The translations under genes and the position numbers were made by a program. A stretch of DNA of 64,000 nucleotides from Oikopleura dioica (taxonomy: Eukaryota; Animalia; Chordata). The notes below the pieces were generated by a model that was not told the origin of the DNA, ran no database searches, and was given only the letters and a program-made list of their open reading frames with translations. Positions within the stretch are counted from its first letter, which is position 1, and every line of letters begins with the position of its first letter. The stretch covers positions 496,001-560,000 of the forward strand of contig OU015570.1 of assembly GCA_907165135.1 (NCBI GenBank), in the 5' to 3' direction. Below, in pieces: positions 37,301 to 49,960 of the stretch.

Positions 37301-39359
37301 CATGTTTCGACCTAATATAAATATTAATTAGTATATGAGGAACATTTCGTTCCATTACATGAACCTCTCATCTCAATCGGAAAGGGGTTAAAATCGGCCT
37401 TGAAGTGCCAAAAAACTGCCAATTTTAGTTTTTTGGTCACATGACCCCCTCCACACCCCACTTTTTTCTTGGTTATTATATTTTCTGAAAGAACTCAAAA
37501 TTCTCTTTCCATTGATATAGGTCACGACCCTGCCAATTGATATCTCAGCCCTTTTTTGAAGGTTTGAAAGCTTAAAAACAGCGTTTTTGGTGACATTTTT
37601 AATAAAAGACAATATTGGGGCTTTTTTCATAAAACAAACGATTGTTTTTTTGTATGTTGGCCACTTTTGGTCGGTTAAGATAAAATCCCACGTCAGTGAA
37701 ATAAACAACGTGGGATTAAAAATCCCACATCAGGCATTTGAGTGTGCACAGGATTAAAATCTCACGTTACCGCCTACAACCTTTGTGGACATTTTTATGA
37801 AAAGTTGGGACAAAAAATGTCCACAAAAGAGGAAAATAACTGTACAGTGAAAACCCAAAATTTGCCCACCAAAAATTTGGCCGCTTTTTCTTAATCTTCT
37901 TTAGTAAGCTAAAAACGTAAAAAATGTCGTAATTTTGCTATTTTTCGTCTCGAGAACAGCAATTTTGATGCAAGTTACGTAACTTCGAGCCCCTTTCGCC
38001 GCCGAAGAAGGGGGTATTCCGGTCTCGGAGACAATAACAACAGCGAATTTGGGCTGTTTTCTTCGAAAAATGGCAAAAAAGAGCGAAAAATTGTTCTAGA
38101 TGAGCCGGGTGCACTGAATGCACCCGCGTCACGCATAGGGGTAGTTCTGATCGTCACGCAGAGGGTTAATCGAACATGACGCGCCCTTCTTAGGAGTTAA
38201 CACACAAAAACTGTCGCGTTGGTTGCAATGGAAACGCTTAGTGAGCGCGCTAGAATCGGAATGTGTTAAGTCGACTGTGACGCGCCATTGTGGGTATGAT
38301 CTGGGAGCGGCGAAGCGAGTTTTCGAAATGACAAAACCGAAAATTTTAGTACAGTAGGATTTTTGGGAGGACTGTCAATCTTCCTCCATCTTTTCTATTT
38401 CTTCACTTGATGAAGGCCCAAGAACGTTCTGGATGCCCTTAGTCACTATGACTCACGATAACGAAGGATGACATCATTTGGAGAATCTAATCGAATGTTC
38501 CATCCCTGTTCTAAGAAGCTTGAAGATTTATCTATCCCAATCAAGGCGCTTCTCGACTGTTCTTATTTTCCCTTTTCTGTACTATATAAAGCGTGCACTT
38601 TGCTGTTAGATAATTCTATTGAATTATAAGAATATAACCGACGAAAACAAGTTGACTCTCTTTTATCCGGCAGAAACTAGCAGTTACCGAAGAAGCGACA
38701 ACAAATGCAGCACCAACCACAAGGACTCATAGAGAACTAATGGACTAGAGAGACCCCCGAAATTCTTCTTCTTTAAAGGGAAGTCCAATATTCCTAATTG
38801 GGCCCGCAAATCGACCTTAATTGAACTTTTCTGAAATTCGATTCCTTAAAATCTTAACTTTCTTCGATCCTATTCCAATCCAAAATTGGTACCCGGTACC
38901 AAATTTCTGGTACCCGGCGCCAAAAAATTGTCAGGAAACCGAGCGAAAATTAATTTTAAAAGGTGTATTCGCTCAATAAATGAAGTTTCCTTACAATTCA
39001 GCCGCGGAGCGGACATAAGTTTTTTGATGAGTCAGAAAAAATGTTTTACTTTGATACCGGGTACCAGTTTTGGTACCGGCATGGTCCGTTTCCCAAGATT
39101 TTTTCTTTAATATTTGGTCACGGTAGAGATCGATATTGTTTTGGCGATGTTTTTCTATGTACAGTTATTTTCCTCTTTGGTGGACATTTTTTGTCCCAAC
39201 TTTTCATAAAAATGTCCACAAAAGTGGGCAAGAGTCTTCAAAAAAATGTCCCGCCGTAGAGCCCATTTTTTCTTCAATAAATTTTTCTTCGAAAAATGGA
39301 AAATTTCATCATCAAAACGATTTTTTATTTTTCTTTTCGTTATTAACAAAAACACTTGT

Positions 39360-40148
39360 CGAGAATACGAAAAAGGATTCATCTCAGAAAGTTCGACAAG
39401 TAAGGAAAACGGATTACCAACTTTCGGTCGCCTGCTTGATATTCACGAGAAATTGGACAACACACTTCATCGAATTAAGCTCTCAAGAAATCCATATGCA
39501 CAACTACTCGTGTCAACAAACGTAGAACAAACTACTTAGCTCACTGGGCCAGCTCAGCAGATTTGCAACTCTGATCAAGCTTAAATTGGACAAAGAGACT
39601 GCCGCCCTTAGAGAGTTAAGACTGGATCAATCAACCTTAATTGCAGCGGACAATCGAATCGTTGAAACAATATTTTCGTAAGTCATTTCCTCTCAAAGAG
39701 AATAAAGAAATCTCAGGCTCGTTAAATCATATGAGCGAACAATATTTGGCGCAACCAACAGACGTATATGGGCGATAACTCAGTCGAAAATTTCTGGCAC
39801 TGTTTCGTATTTGCGAGATCTTGCAAAGGAGAATGAAGAAAAGAATAAAATCCTTATATGGAAATCAATGCGCATGAGGTTTGTTCCAGAATGACTTAAA
39901 TTGGCTGATTTTTAAAGGAAATACAAAAAACTAATCCTGATCAGCATGACAGAATTTTGATGAACGTTTTCGATGAGCATAATGAGGAAATTTATCTTAT
40001 TGCATTTGATGAAGACATTCGTGATGAAATTTTAGCAAACGAAGATGAACCTGATGGATCGGAATTAGAGTACCATGACTATGAATCTGATGATATGAAT
40101 TTCGATGATGGCCCTTTAATCATTCCTTCAACTGTCAAATATAATTAG
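39360..40148 (+). pseudogene. Disrupted coding fragments with two candidate 39-nt GT-AG introns (possible transposase C-terminus)
   Basis: Peptides KENGLPTFGRLLDIHEKLDNTLHRIKLSRNPY, LIAADNRIVETIF/SLVKSYERTIF and an acidic tail ending at 40148. Introns are at ~39679-39717 and ~39879-39917. One frameshift is needed. Confidence 0.35.
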
Positions 40149-43100
40149 ATGATGATACTTTCGAATTCGATAAAAAAGGAGCATAGGAGCTTTCAGGAGC
40201 ATAAATGCAAAGTCTAGAAAACCATTCGGCGTACTCAAATCTCGAAAAAAAATTTTAAGCGATTTCGATGGGACATTTTTTCGGAAGACGTTGCCCAAGT
40301 TTGTGGACATTTTTCGAAAATTTTGGGACAAAAAATGTCCACAAAAGAGGAAAAGAACTGTATCTTTAAAAGTCATTTTAAATTAGAATATCTCCTTGTT
40401 GATTTTTAAAACTTGTAAAAAGTGTTACGTAATCATAGTAACATGAAAATTTTGTTAAAAAAATTTCATGAGTCGGCCCTAAATTTTTGGTATTTTTGGT
40501 ATCTGGATCCACTCTACAACATATAAAAAATGAAGTTGATACAAATACTACAACATGATGAACCCTGATTTCGACACTTTTGAGGGTTTATATATTACGT
40601 AATCACTTCCGTATTCTAGTGATATGTTTCTGATGTTGTTTCTACTTTGTAAATGGACCTACACACCAAATTTCAGACTTCTAGCATGTCCTATAAAAAA
40701 GTACATTCTTTATGCGTGGACCCTACTTATATTTTACCATATAAATCACTTTCAAGTCCTCAATTATTAACCAAAACCTCGCGCACATTCGTTGGTGAAT
40801 GCGCGCTAATGTGCATTTTTTACAGGAAACCATCCGCCCCACTATTTTTCACATCCGGTTCTTAATTGCACTTTTCTCTGCTGCCACATTGCCCATGTCT
40901 GGGCTGTTTTCCTCAATTAACTACGCATTTTGCAGCTCTTTGTTTCAGTTTTTTTTTCGATTTTCGGACAACAAAAATTTTTTTTAATTCTAATGGTTAT
41001 TTAAGCCTGTTTTGAAAAGGTTGAATTTCAAGGATCTTGAAACATGAAGAAGTGATTTAACATCACAAATAGATGGATATACACTTAAAATTGCTCTAGC
41101 TCATAACGGTGCCTCAACATGCTCATCAGCTATTGCGGAAAAAGGAAATATTAATCACTGATTAAAGATTCAGATAAGGATAATATTATAGAAGCGTTAT
41201 TTAACGAAAGTTGCTAAAAATAAATTTTATCTCAACTCTTTTTTGAGGGATAAACATGCTGGAAAACAGTGTTTCTCACATTTTATAAATAAATTAATAA
41301 ATTGCCAGAAAATTTAGCAATTGTGTTCCTCACAGGTGCGTATCCACACTTAAACTGATTAAACCGCGGTTAACCGCCATTTTCCAGCTGGTTTGAATGC
41401 GGTTTCTCGCGGTTTTCTTTAAAAATAATTTAAATATGTAGTAAGATGGTAAACAAACCGGTTCGATTGCGGTTAATCACGGTTATATTTATTATTTTGC
41501 GTGTTATATAGTCAAATATATTTCAATCGAATCCACGATAGATAACGAGTTTTTTTTAACCTTTGAATAAGAATCAACCGCGGTAATCCACCTGGTTCAA
41601 TTGCGGTTATTTGTGCTTTTCCTTTTATTTATATGACAGTTTTTTTCCTCTTTTGTAGACCCCAATTTTGTGGATATTTTCTTCATTTTATTGGGTTTTT
41701 GTGGGACATATCATATGTCACATATTTGCAAGGATAATGTTCCACTTTTGTTGACATTTGTCCAGCTAAGAAAATTTGTGAGGAATAAACAGGGTGTTTT
41801 TATCAAAAATAACGATGTTTTTTATAAAAAATTAATTGCCTAAACCGTGTTATTGACTGAAAATATAAAAAAGGCAGAAAAAAATCGTTTTGATGATAAA
41901 ATTTTCCATTTTTGGAAGAAAAATTTATCGAAGAAAAATTTTAAGGCTCAACGGCGGGACATTTTCTTGAAGACTTTTGCCCACTTTTGTGGACATTTTT
42001 ATGAAAAGTTGGGACAAAAAATGTCCACAAAAGAGGAAAATAACTGTATATTTATAATCATAGTTATATGTATATCGATTTAATCATTATAAGATATATT
42101 TGACATTTCAGAACCAACCGGTTTAAACTCGAAAGATGGTTGTTAGATTGAATAACTCTCAAATAAACATAAAATTACTCAAAAAATGATCTTATAATAA
42201 GCTTTTCTAATGCATATGAGATAAGAATTTGAACTCGTTATGTGACCTTGGATCACAAGGCCTACGTGACCTTAGACGAGACTTGAACTCGGATGCACTC
42301 TCGAAAATGCCGCTAACTTTCTGATTTATTATAAGTCTCTTTCGAAGTCTCTTTAATTTCTTCATTTGGCAGAATATGACGGAAATTTTCTTCCTTTTTT
42401 ACTTTATTGATATAAAAAACCAAGAAAATTGTTGTGCTGATGAATGCTTTGCGATTAGTCTTTAGATATAAATAAGTCAGAATAACTAAGTTTACATGAG
42501 AATCATTAACATCCGCTTTAAAAAGGCAAAATTTTTTCGGATCCGGCGATACCGGGCGACGCTAGGCGGCACAATTCAGTGTCTCCCGAAAATGGCGCGC
42601 GGCCCTCACTCGACCTTGTCCCTCAAAACAAATGTTTTTGTTCAAGAACAACTTTTATCGCAGAATTTTCAGCAAGAAATATCCAACGAATATAAACCCC
42701 TGTAACCGGGATGTCCCTACCTCAGTACTCACAGGCTACCTGGTACAGATTCCTACCTGATACAGATCCCTAACTGGTACAGATCCCTACCTGGTACAGA
42801 AAAAAATTTTACCAGGTTGGGATCTGTACCAGGTAGGGATTTCTGTACCAGGTTAGGAAATTCGAAATAGAAAATTTTCAAAAACTAAAATCGACATATT
42901 GACTCGAACCACAATCCATCTCGACCCCTCCCTGTAGCGTATATTTTCGTTTTTCAAAAAAAAAAAATTTGCTGTATCTGTTCACTAAAAATCATGAATG
43001 AAATCTTTCTGGTCCCTTTGGTCGCAGCTCGATCTTGTTAAGAATTCCCCGATCGATGTGTCCTTGGCGACGATAACCGGCTAGTTATTGGGAACATACG

Positions 43101-43239
43101 TTATTTCTTTCACCTTGAACCGGCTCAAACTTGCGTTAAAATTCGTCACATTTACTGGCGCATCTTGCCGGAGACAATAACAACAGCGAATTTGGGCTGT
43201 TTTCTTCGAAAAAGTGCGTCCCATACAAATTTCACGAGT

Positions 43240-43860
43240 ACAAAACACTGATCGCCAAGAATTTGCACACATTTGACACATCAAAATATCGGATAACGCC
43301 GAAAAACTTTGACGCTCATACTTGCCTCAATCATCTCACACTAGAAACTCGAGTGAGAAACGATGTGAAAAAAGTTCTCAATCAGAATTTCGAAAGGTAT
43401 TATAGTCAAGTTAATTTATATAATCAATTTTATAAGTTTGCGACACTGTACTGATACAGAGCTGAAAATTTATGTGCACCGCAAACTTCTGACGCTCTAT
43501 AGTATAGAGTCTATACTGAAGATGAGTTCATTGCAAACTTCCCACCTGACCATGAATTTTTCCAAATAACTCGCTACTTTCGCCAGAAATATCAAATTGA
43601 ACACGAAGAGATCGAGGATGCAGCTGATTATGAGTTCAATCAAGAAGGAATAGGCTCTCTATCTTTATAACATTTATTTTAATTATGCGTTTGATCGAAA
43701 GATTATAAAAAATAATAATATTTATGAGCCTCGCAAAAGATCTTGAGGAGAATTATCATTAAGTGATGTGGCCAGATGAGGAAACTGGAATGATCTATTT
43801 TTACAACCCGAAACTGATCAAGAAACTTCCTCCACAATATTCGTCGCTTTTAGTCGGTAA
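43240..43860 (+). pseudogene. Disrupted coding fragments with a candidate 40-nt intron
   Basis: ORF 43263 continues in frame across GTATTATAG...TTATAAG; downstream protein-like pieces YTEDEFIANFPPDHEFFQITRYFRQKY and WPDEETGMIYFYNPK. Confidence 0.3.
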
Positions 43861-44199
43861 GTTTTTGATCTTCCAAAATTCTCGATGTTAAAATTTTTCT
43901 CTCTACTTAAATTTCTTTTATACTCCCTAAAGACTTTTTTCAGATAAAAAAATTAAAATCTTGGTATTTGCTAAAATAAAGGTTGGGGTAAGGGGGCACC
44001 TTCAAAAATGACGGAACAAATTACCCGAGGGGTATTAATAGTAATTCTACCTCTATCTAACTATCACCTGCTACTCTACTACCGCCGTTTTCCATCTAAA
44101 GAGCGTTTTTCAGATGACGAGGGGAGACCAAAACGCTCTTAAGTTGGAAAATTTACGATCAAACTAGTGTAGGATCAGGCAAAGGCGAGTGAAAAGTAT

Positions 44200-44271
44200 T
44201 GAAGAAGCCTGGGGTCGAACCAGGGACCTCCGTGTTCATGAACCGGTGTGCTACCACTGCACTACTTCTCC
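44200..44271 (-). ncRNA. tRNA-like Pol III cassette in TRIM LTR
   Basis: 72 nt with paired acceptor, D and T stems, A and B boxes, and a TTTT run 4 nt downstream; the anticodon stem is mispaired. Confidence 0.8.
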
Positions 44272-44574
44272 GGGGACTTTTGTCCGCCATTAGAGCTAGT
44301 TACTATGCCTAAGAGGAGGGGACCTTCTCCCACAACTCCCCCTAGTAACTGCTCTAATCACTCGTCTTACATATGCCGCCATAGGTTTTGGTTCTTTGTC
44401 TGGTGCCACGGTCCCCGTGCAACCGTTGCAAGCCTACCAACCCTCCCAACCTTCAGCTTCTCCTGAGCTACTGAGTGACCCTTGTCAATCTCAGCTTAGG
44501 GTTTGTTTTGGCTACCTAGACAACCCACTGTCTTCACCAGTTTGTAGGATCAGGCAAAGGCGAGTGAAAAGTAT

Positions 44575-44646
44575 TGAAGAAGCCTGGGGTCGAACCAGGG
44601 ACCTCCGTGTTCATGAACCGGTGTGCTACCACTGCACTACTTCTCC
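44575..44646 (-). ncRNA. tRNA-like Pol III cassette in TRIM LTR
   Basis: Identical to 44200-44271. Confidence 0.8.
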
Positions 44647-47041
44647 AGGGACTTTTGTCCGCCATTAGAGCTAGTTACTATGCCTAAGAGGAGGGGACCT
44701 TCTCCCACACTAGGATGACAGTGGGAAAAAATGATGAATGAAAATGCATAAAATGAACTTTTTCCAAAACTCTTAAAATGCATCTGAGGTCATTTTTATC
44801 TATTTATGATAAAAAAATTACGATCTTTGAATCAGAGGCTATGATTAGGGTGACGGGCGGTCACGTTCTGCCAGAACGGCGTTCTGCAAATACAGAACGG
44901 CGTTCTGCAATTGCAGAATGGCGTTCTGCATAAGGATTATTTTTAACGATGTAACTTGATTCTATTCAGTTTAAAAGCATTCAGCTTAGCTTAAAGAGTA
45001 ACTTCTGACTTTTGAAATTCTGAGATTTCCTTAAAGACAGGCGCGAAGCGTTGACGGCGGGTTCACGTCTTTATAAAGAATGGTTCTTTTTCGCAAAGAC
45101 GTGAACCCGCTTATATCGCCTTTATGGGCGGGTTCACGTCTTTTTTCGATGTTCTAGAAAAAGAAATAATATGATAATTGTTCTTTTTTTTCATTAAACG
45201 CTATCTCCAATTTTTGACTTTTTATCCTCTTTAGTTTCCTAGAAAGCAGGCGCGAAGCGCACAGTTACTCCTGAATTATTTTCTTTCCTCTGAGAATTTT
45301 TTCTGAGCTTTCGTATTCCATTTATAGGTCTTGCTTTTTGTGATTGAAGATTCTAGATAATGAATTCCATCAAAACAAAAGAATCATTCTTTTTCGAGGA
45401 GCTTGAAAAAGAATGGTTCTTCGAAAAAGAACCATTCTTTGCGAAAAAGAATCATTCTTCATAAAGACGTGAACCCGCCGTCTACCGCGCGAAGCGCATA
45501 TATTTTAAAAACGCTCTTAAGTTTGGCGCTCTTAAGATGGAAAACCACGGTACTTACTATCATAAATCTCTCTTTATTTGTTGTTGCTAGTTTTAAGGAG
45601 ACATTGCGGTCTCTTTTATTATCAATAAAACATGTGTGTGTATGTGCTTTCGGCTCGCGATATTTACGCTCACCGTGGAGGGCGCTAGTGGTGTCACTAG
45701 AGCGCCTTTCAGCACTATGACGATACGCAACGCCACGTGCCCGGAGAGGGCCCGGAGAAGGTCTATCCGGCTTTACGGATATGCCTCGTCCGTTTTCGTG
45801 CGTGTGCCATCGTCATGCATTATTATACCGTATTTTACCGTCTCACAAGGGGGATAGGCTAGGGTTAGTTAGGGTTACCGAAGGCGGAGCCCCGAGGTAA
45901 GGGGCAATCAGATTTGATAATTTTCTACTGATAAAATAGAGACTGACTAAATAGAGACGAACTCGCTGCTTGAATTCGCATTCGTAAATTCTCCTCGATT
46001 GCTCCTCATTGAGCCGCACCTTTGGTCACTCCTTTTCCAGTACTCAAAGAACCTCGAAAGTGACAATGAGTCAATTTACTATTTGATTTCTACGATTTGA
46101 ACTGGAGCGTTACGAGGAGCGCCTAAAGTGCCATAAAAACTTTTTCTCCAGCGATGACGTTTCTGTCTTGTTACGTTTTTTCCCGCTAACAGGAAGAAAG
46201 CGCTAGAAAGATTCATTCACACATTCATACTGCTATCTACTGGAATTTCTTATCGCATTACTTTTACCGGATTTTGGCAGGTCTAATTGAACAAAAAATA
46301 AAGAGCTTCTTTATCTTAATCTTAATGAGCCAAAAAAGGTCTGAACTCAAATCAGATTGATGATGACCTCAGAGAGTCGTAAAAATGGCACGACCGATGG
46401 AGAGTTTAGCGGGCCTGGAAATGCCGACTTCCGTAATCGACTTTGAATCTCCCTTTCTCGATGCGGCTTCGGTTGACTCTTTTAATTGCTTATAACTTTT
46501 AATTTGAAAGGTTATATTTTGAAGACGCTTCGCGGCTTCGTTTTTCGAACTCTTCCAGCATGCGGAGGACTCCACCGGGTCCTCCGCTGCTGAAGGAAAA
46601 GATATCCGCCCGCATGGTGTCGCTAATTCGGGCTTCTTTCCAGGGCAACCCCTACTTTCATCGGTATTTGGACCATCACATTCTAGAGGCGTTAGAGGCT
46701 CTAGAAGTTGAAGAAGTAACCTCGAAATCGGTACTTTTTACGAAAAATTCCGCTAAGGGTTATATTTTTATCCGAAATAGTCATCAAAATGTTTCAATCA
46801 ATTTTGGATGTCAAAAATATCGTTTTGGGTCATTTGAGGTTATTCGGGTAGAGTTTCGGCCAAATTCTATTTTTCTCAAAAATGACCCCAAGTGACCTCA
46901 AATGACCCCAAACGATATTTTTGACACCCAAAAATTGATTGGAACGTTTTGATAACTTTTTCGGATAAAAATATAACCTGTGGGAGAAGGTCCCCTCCTC
47001 TTAGGCATAGTAACTAGCTCTAATGGCGGACAAAAGTCCCC

Positions 47042-47113
47042 GGAGAAGTAGTGCAGTGGTAGCACACCGGTTCATGAACACGGAGGTCCCTGGTTCGACC
47101 CCAGGCTTCTTCA
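47042..47113 (+). ncRNA. tRNA-like Pol III cassette in TRIM LTR
   Basis: GGAGAAG-TA-GTGC-AGTGGTA-GCAC-A-CCGGT-TCATGAA-CACGG-AGGTC-CCTGG-TTCGACC-CCAGG-CTTCTTC-A. Confidence 0.8.
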
Positions 47114-47415
47114 ATACTTTTCACTCGCCTTTGCCTGATCCTACAAACTGGTGAAGACAGTGGGTTGTCTAGGTAGCCAAAACAAACCCTAAGCTGAGAT
47201 TGACAAGGGTCACTCAGTAGCTCAGGAGAAGCTGAAGGTTGGGAGGGTTGGTAGGCTTGCAACGGTTGCACGGGGACCGTGGCACCAGACAAAGAACCAA
47301 AACCTATGGCGGCATATGTAAGACGAGTGATTAGAGCAGTTACTAGGGGAGTTGTGGGAGAAGGTCCCCTCCTCTTAGGCATAGTAACTAGCTCTAATGG
47401 CGGACAAAAGTCCCC

Positions 47416-47487
47416 GGAGAAGTAGTGCAGTGGTAGCACACCGGTTCATGAACACGGAGGTCCCTGGTTCGACCCCAGGCTTCTTCA
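47416..47487 (+). ncRNA. tRNA-like Pol III cassette in TRIM LTR
   Basis: Identical to 47042-47113. Confidence 0.8.
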
Positions 47488-47655
47488 ATACTTTTCACTC
47501 GCCTTTGCCTGATCCTACAACCCTTAGCGCAATTTCTTCAACTTCTAGAGCCTCTAACGCCTCTAGAATGTGGCGGTCCAAATAGGTTTCTATACAGATT
47601 CTGAATCGCCAGAGCCTCCTCTACAACTTAGCCAAGCCGCTCGTTCTTAGGTCGA

Positions 47656-48062
47656 CACTGGTTATGTCGCCGAATGTCGCCAAATGTCGCGGAATGTCGC
47701 CGAATGTCGCCGAATGTCGCTGAATGTGGCCGAATGTCGCCGAATGTCGCCACCTATTTTCTAAAACAAGGATTTTTGAAGAGAAATCTTGTTTTCAACC
47801 AAGAAATTTCAAAACAAACTTGTTCTAGAATTGTTTTGGCATAATTACGAGACAAGGAAGCGCTCCGCGCGATTTGTGGTAGGAAACTCACTGGTCGGGC
47901 TGGACACACTTCTATTGCCGCGCCTCCTACTATTTCCGCCTTTTTTGGTTCTAGAACAAGTTTGTTTTGAAAATTTGAGCCAAAAACAATTTTTCTTTCA
48001 TAATTCCTATTTTTTCGAAAATAAGTGGCGACATTCGGCGACATTCGGCGACATAACCAGTG
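47656..48062. mobile_element. MITE with (GAATGTCGCC)n subterminal tandem repeats
   Basis: TIR CACTGGTTATGTCGCCGAATGTCGCC at both ends. Confidence 0.7.
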
Positions 48063-48457
48063 CGCTCCCGTTCTTAGGCTGGACTACCGGTACTTTTTAA
48101 TCCCTTTTCTGGAACAACCCCCATTTTACGGACTTTAGACGTCCAAAAACGCCCCAGGACATGACCCAAACCCAATACTGTTAATAGTCAAAATGATACT
48201 CAGCTTCTGGACTTTTTAAAACTGTATTATACTCCCTCTCTACTAAGCCCAGAAAAACTCATTTTTCATCGAGTTTCCCATCCCGAGTCGACGAGTAATA
48301 AATTATTACCAATTTTTGAGCTGGTTTGCGGCTTCGTTTTCGGAGGCGATTTTGCGAACGGCGTTCGCGGATTTTGAACAAAGCTGCCTTTTGGAAATTT
48401 TGACGAGGTTCCCTGATTAATATCATGAGACATAATTTACTTATATGAGTATCATCA

Positions 48458-48964
48458 TTGATTAATATACATGTAGATATCTTAGAGAAATTAAATAAGC
48501 AAGTTAACACATTTTCATGGTCAGAAATATGTGCGATAGGTAAATTTTTAACACAACTTTTCTTTATACGTCTATCTCTAGGCATGATTGACTTGTCGAT
48601 CACAATAGCAAAGATTATTCAAAAGCTAGGCGATATGTCAGGATGTAAGAATTTAACAATGATAGCAAGGTGTCTTTTGTGTGAGGTTTACGTGATAAAT
48701 GATGATTGGGAAAATGCATCAAATCAAATCGAATTGATTGAAGATGAATTTATGCTTCTTGATACAAGAAATGACGAAATTGATTGCTGGACGACGATAA
48801 TAAAATTTTCAAATTTAATCAATACCGGAGAAAGTCCTCAGACATTTTCTGAACTTGTTATTTGGACACTCCCATATGGCTCGAAGGAATCGGTTGTAAA
48901 TTGTTTTTATTTGAGCTCTGATGCTCAAAATGAGCGTCAAAGCCTTGACTGCAATCAAGGGTAA
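48458..48964 (+). CDS. Possible exon(s) of an unidentified helical protein
   Basis: 168-codon open frame with protein-like composition outside recognisable repeats; possible in-frame 42-nt intron at 48540-48581 and a GT donor at ~48961. No family recognised. Confidence 0.35.
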   Translation: MINIHVDILEKLNKQVNTFSWSEICAIGKFLTQLFFIRLSLGMIDLSITIAKIIQKLGDMSGCKNLTMIARCLLCEVYVINDDWENASNQIELIEDEFMLLDTRNDEIDCWTTIIKFSNLINTGESPQTFSELVIWTLPYGSKESVVNCFYLSSDAQNERQSLDCNQG

Positions 48965-49960
48965 TTGGCAACATCTAAAAGTCTGTAGTTTTCATAGAAA
49001 ATAATTTGTAAGGGAAACGAATAAGTCGTTGCGATGAGTTATTTTCCTCGGCTTTAGAAAAGTGCGATAGGGTCAAATAAATGGACCCCGCGTTTTGAGT
49101 ACATAATCGCGCGTTCGCATATTGAGAATTCAGAAGATGGTGACCGAGAAAAGAATTGAGAAAACAAATACTTATATGCTGAGACTCTCAACTTGCGAGA
49201 GCAGTGACTCATGGCATTAAGGATATACAGTTTTTCCATCTTTAGAGGCCTTTTAAGATGAAAAGGGCTGAAAAAAGTCAGGTATACATATTTTAAAATT
49301 CTCTTCTCACTAATTTAGATATGGTTAAATTTTGTTTTTCGACTAAAAGATTGAATATCAATAAAGCCATGATTATTTCCAGAGCAACGCACGCGCCCAT
49401 GTTTTTAATTTTTACTCATTCATTCCTCGAAACATATTTTGCTGTAAAAATGTCCGAAAACGGAATTTACATGAGGGTGGCAGAGAAAAAAGTATGCAGA
49501 GATTTTGGTGAAGGGTACAAACAAGAGAAATACCAAAAGGCTGTCAATGATCTCTACCGAAAACAGGAATCTTTAAGTGAAGTTGGATCATACGGGACTG
49601 ATAAAAAGAATTTAACGATACTATTATGAGTATACGTCCAAGTTGAGGGCTTGGACGTTTTCAAAAGTATCTTGGAGAAATAAGATGAACAAGAATTGAT
49701 CGAGCATTTCCCTGCGCTTCAAATCCATGAAACACAAGCTATATGGATATCGAGGGAGAACCTCAAATTCAAGTTTCAGATGAAGCCGACATTCCAAAGC
49801 CATCGACTTCAAAATGCCCAGAAAAGCAGTCAAAGATTTCAAGCTTGTTTAAAGCTATTAGTTGAGAATTTTTTCAATTTAATAAAAATTATCAAGAAAG
49901 TCCTCTTAATTACGAATTTTTCGGGTTCACAAAATCAGCCAAATTGAGGCAAAAGTCCTC

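Larger units (their letters stand above)
44168..44709 (-). mobile_element. TRIM with tRNA-containing LTRs (Helenus/TRIMp3-like), copy 1
   Basis: 167-bp LTRs at 44168-44334 and 44543-44709 with TG..CA ends and 1 mismatch; 4-bp TSD CTAG; PBS TGGTGAAGACAGTGGG 3 nt inside the 5' LTR; PPT AGGGGGAG before the 3' LTR. Confidence 0.92.
46979..47519 (+). mobile_element. TRIM with tRNA-containing LTRs, copy 2
   Basis: LTRs at 46979-47145 and 47353-47519 appear identical; PBS 47149-47164; PPT 47345-47351. Flanks are AACC / ACCC; the empty site ATAACCCTTAGC can be read from the opposite foldback arm. Confidence 0.92.
46665..47590. mobile_element. Foldback element hosting TRIM copy 2
   Basis: The left arm (46665-46835) is the reverse complement of 46890-46978 plus 47520-47590. 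Confidence 0.65.

Noticed and set aside
44248-44668. ORFs across the TRIM (also 47020-47439)
   Set aside because: Antisense to the element, altered by a 1-nt indel between copies, and with no recognisable motif.
47042-47113. Functional tRNA gene (His-ATG or Met-CAT)
   Set aside because: The anticodon stem is mispaired, there is no U33 in the canonical register, and all four copies lie in LTRs.
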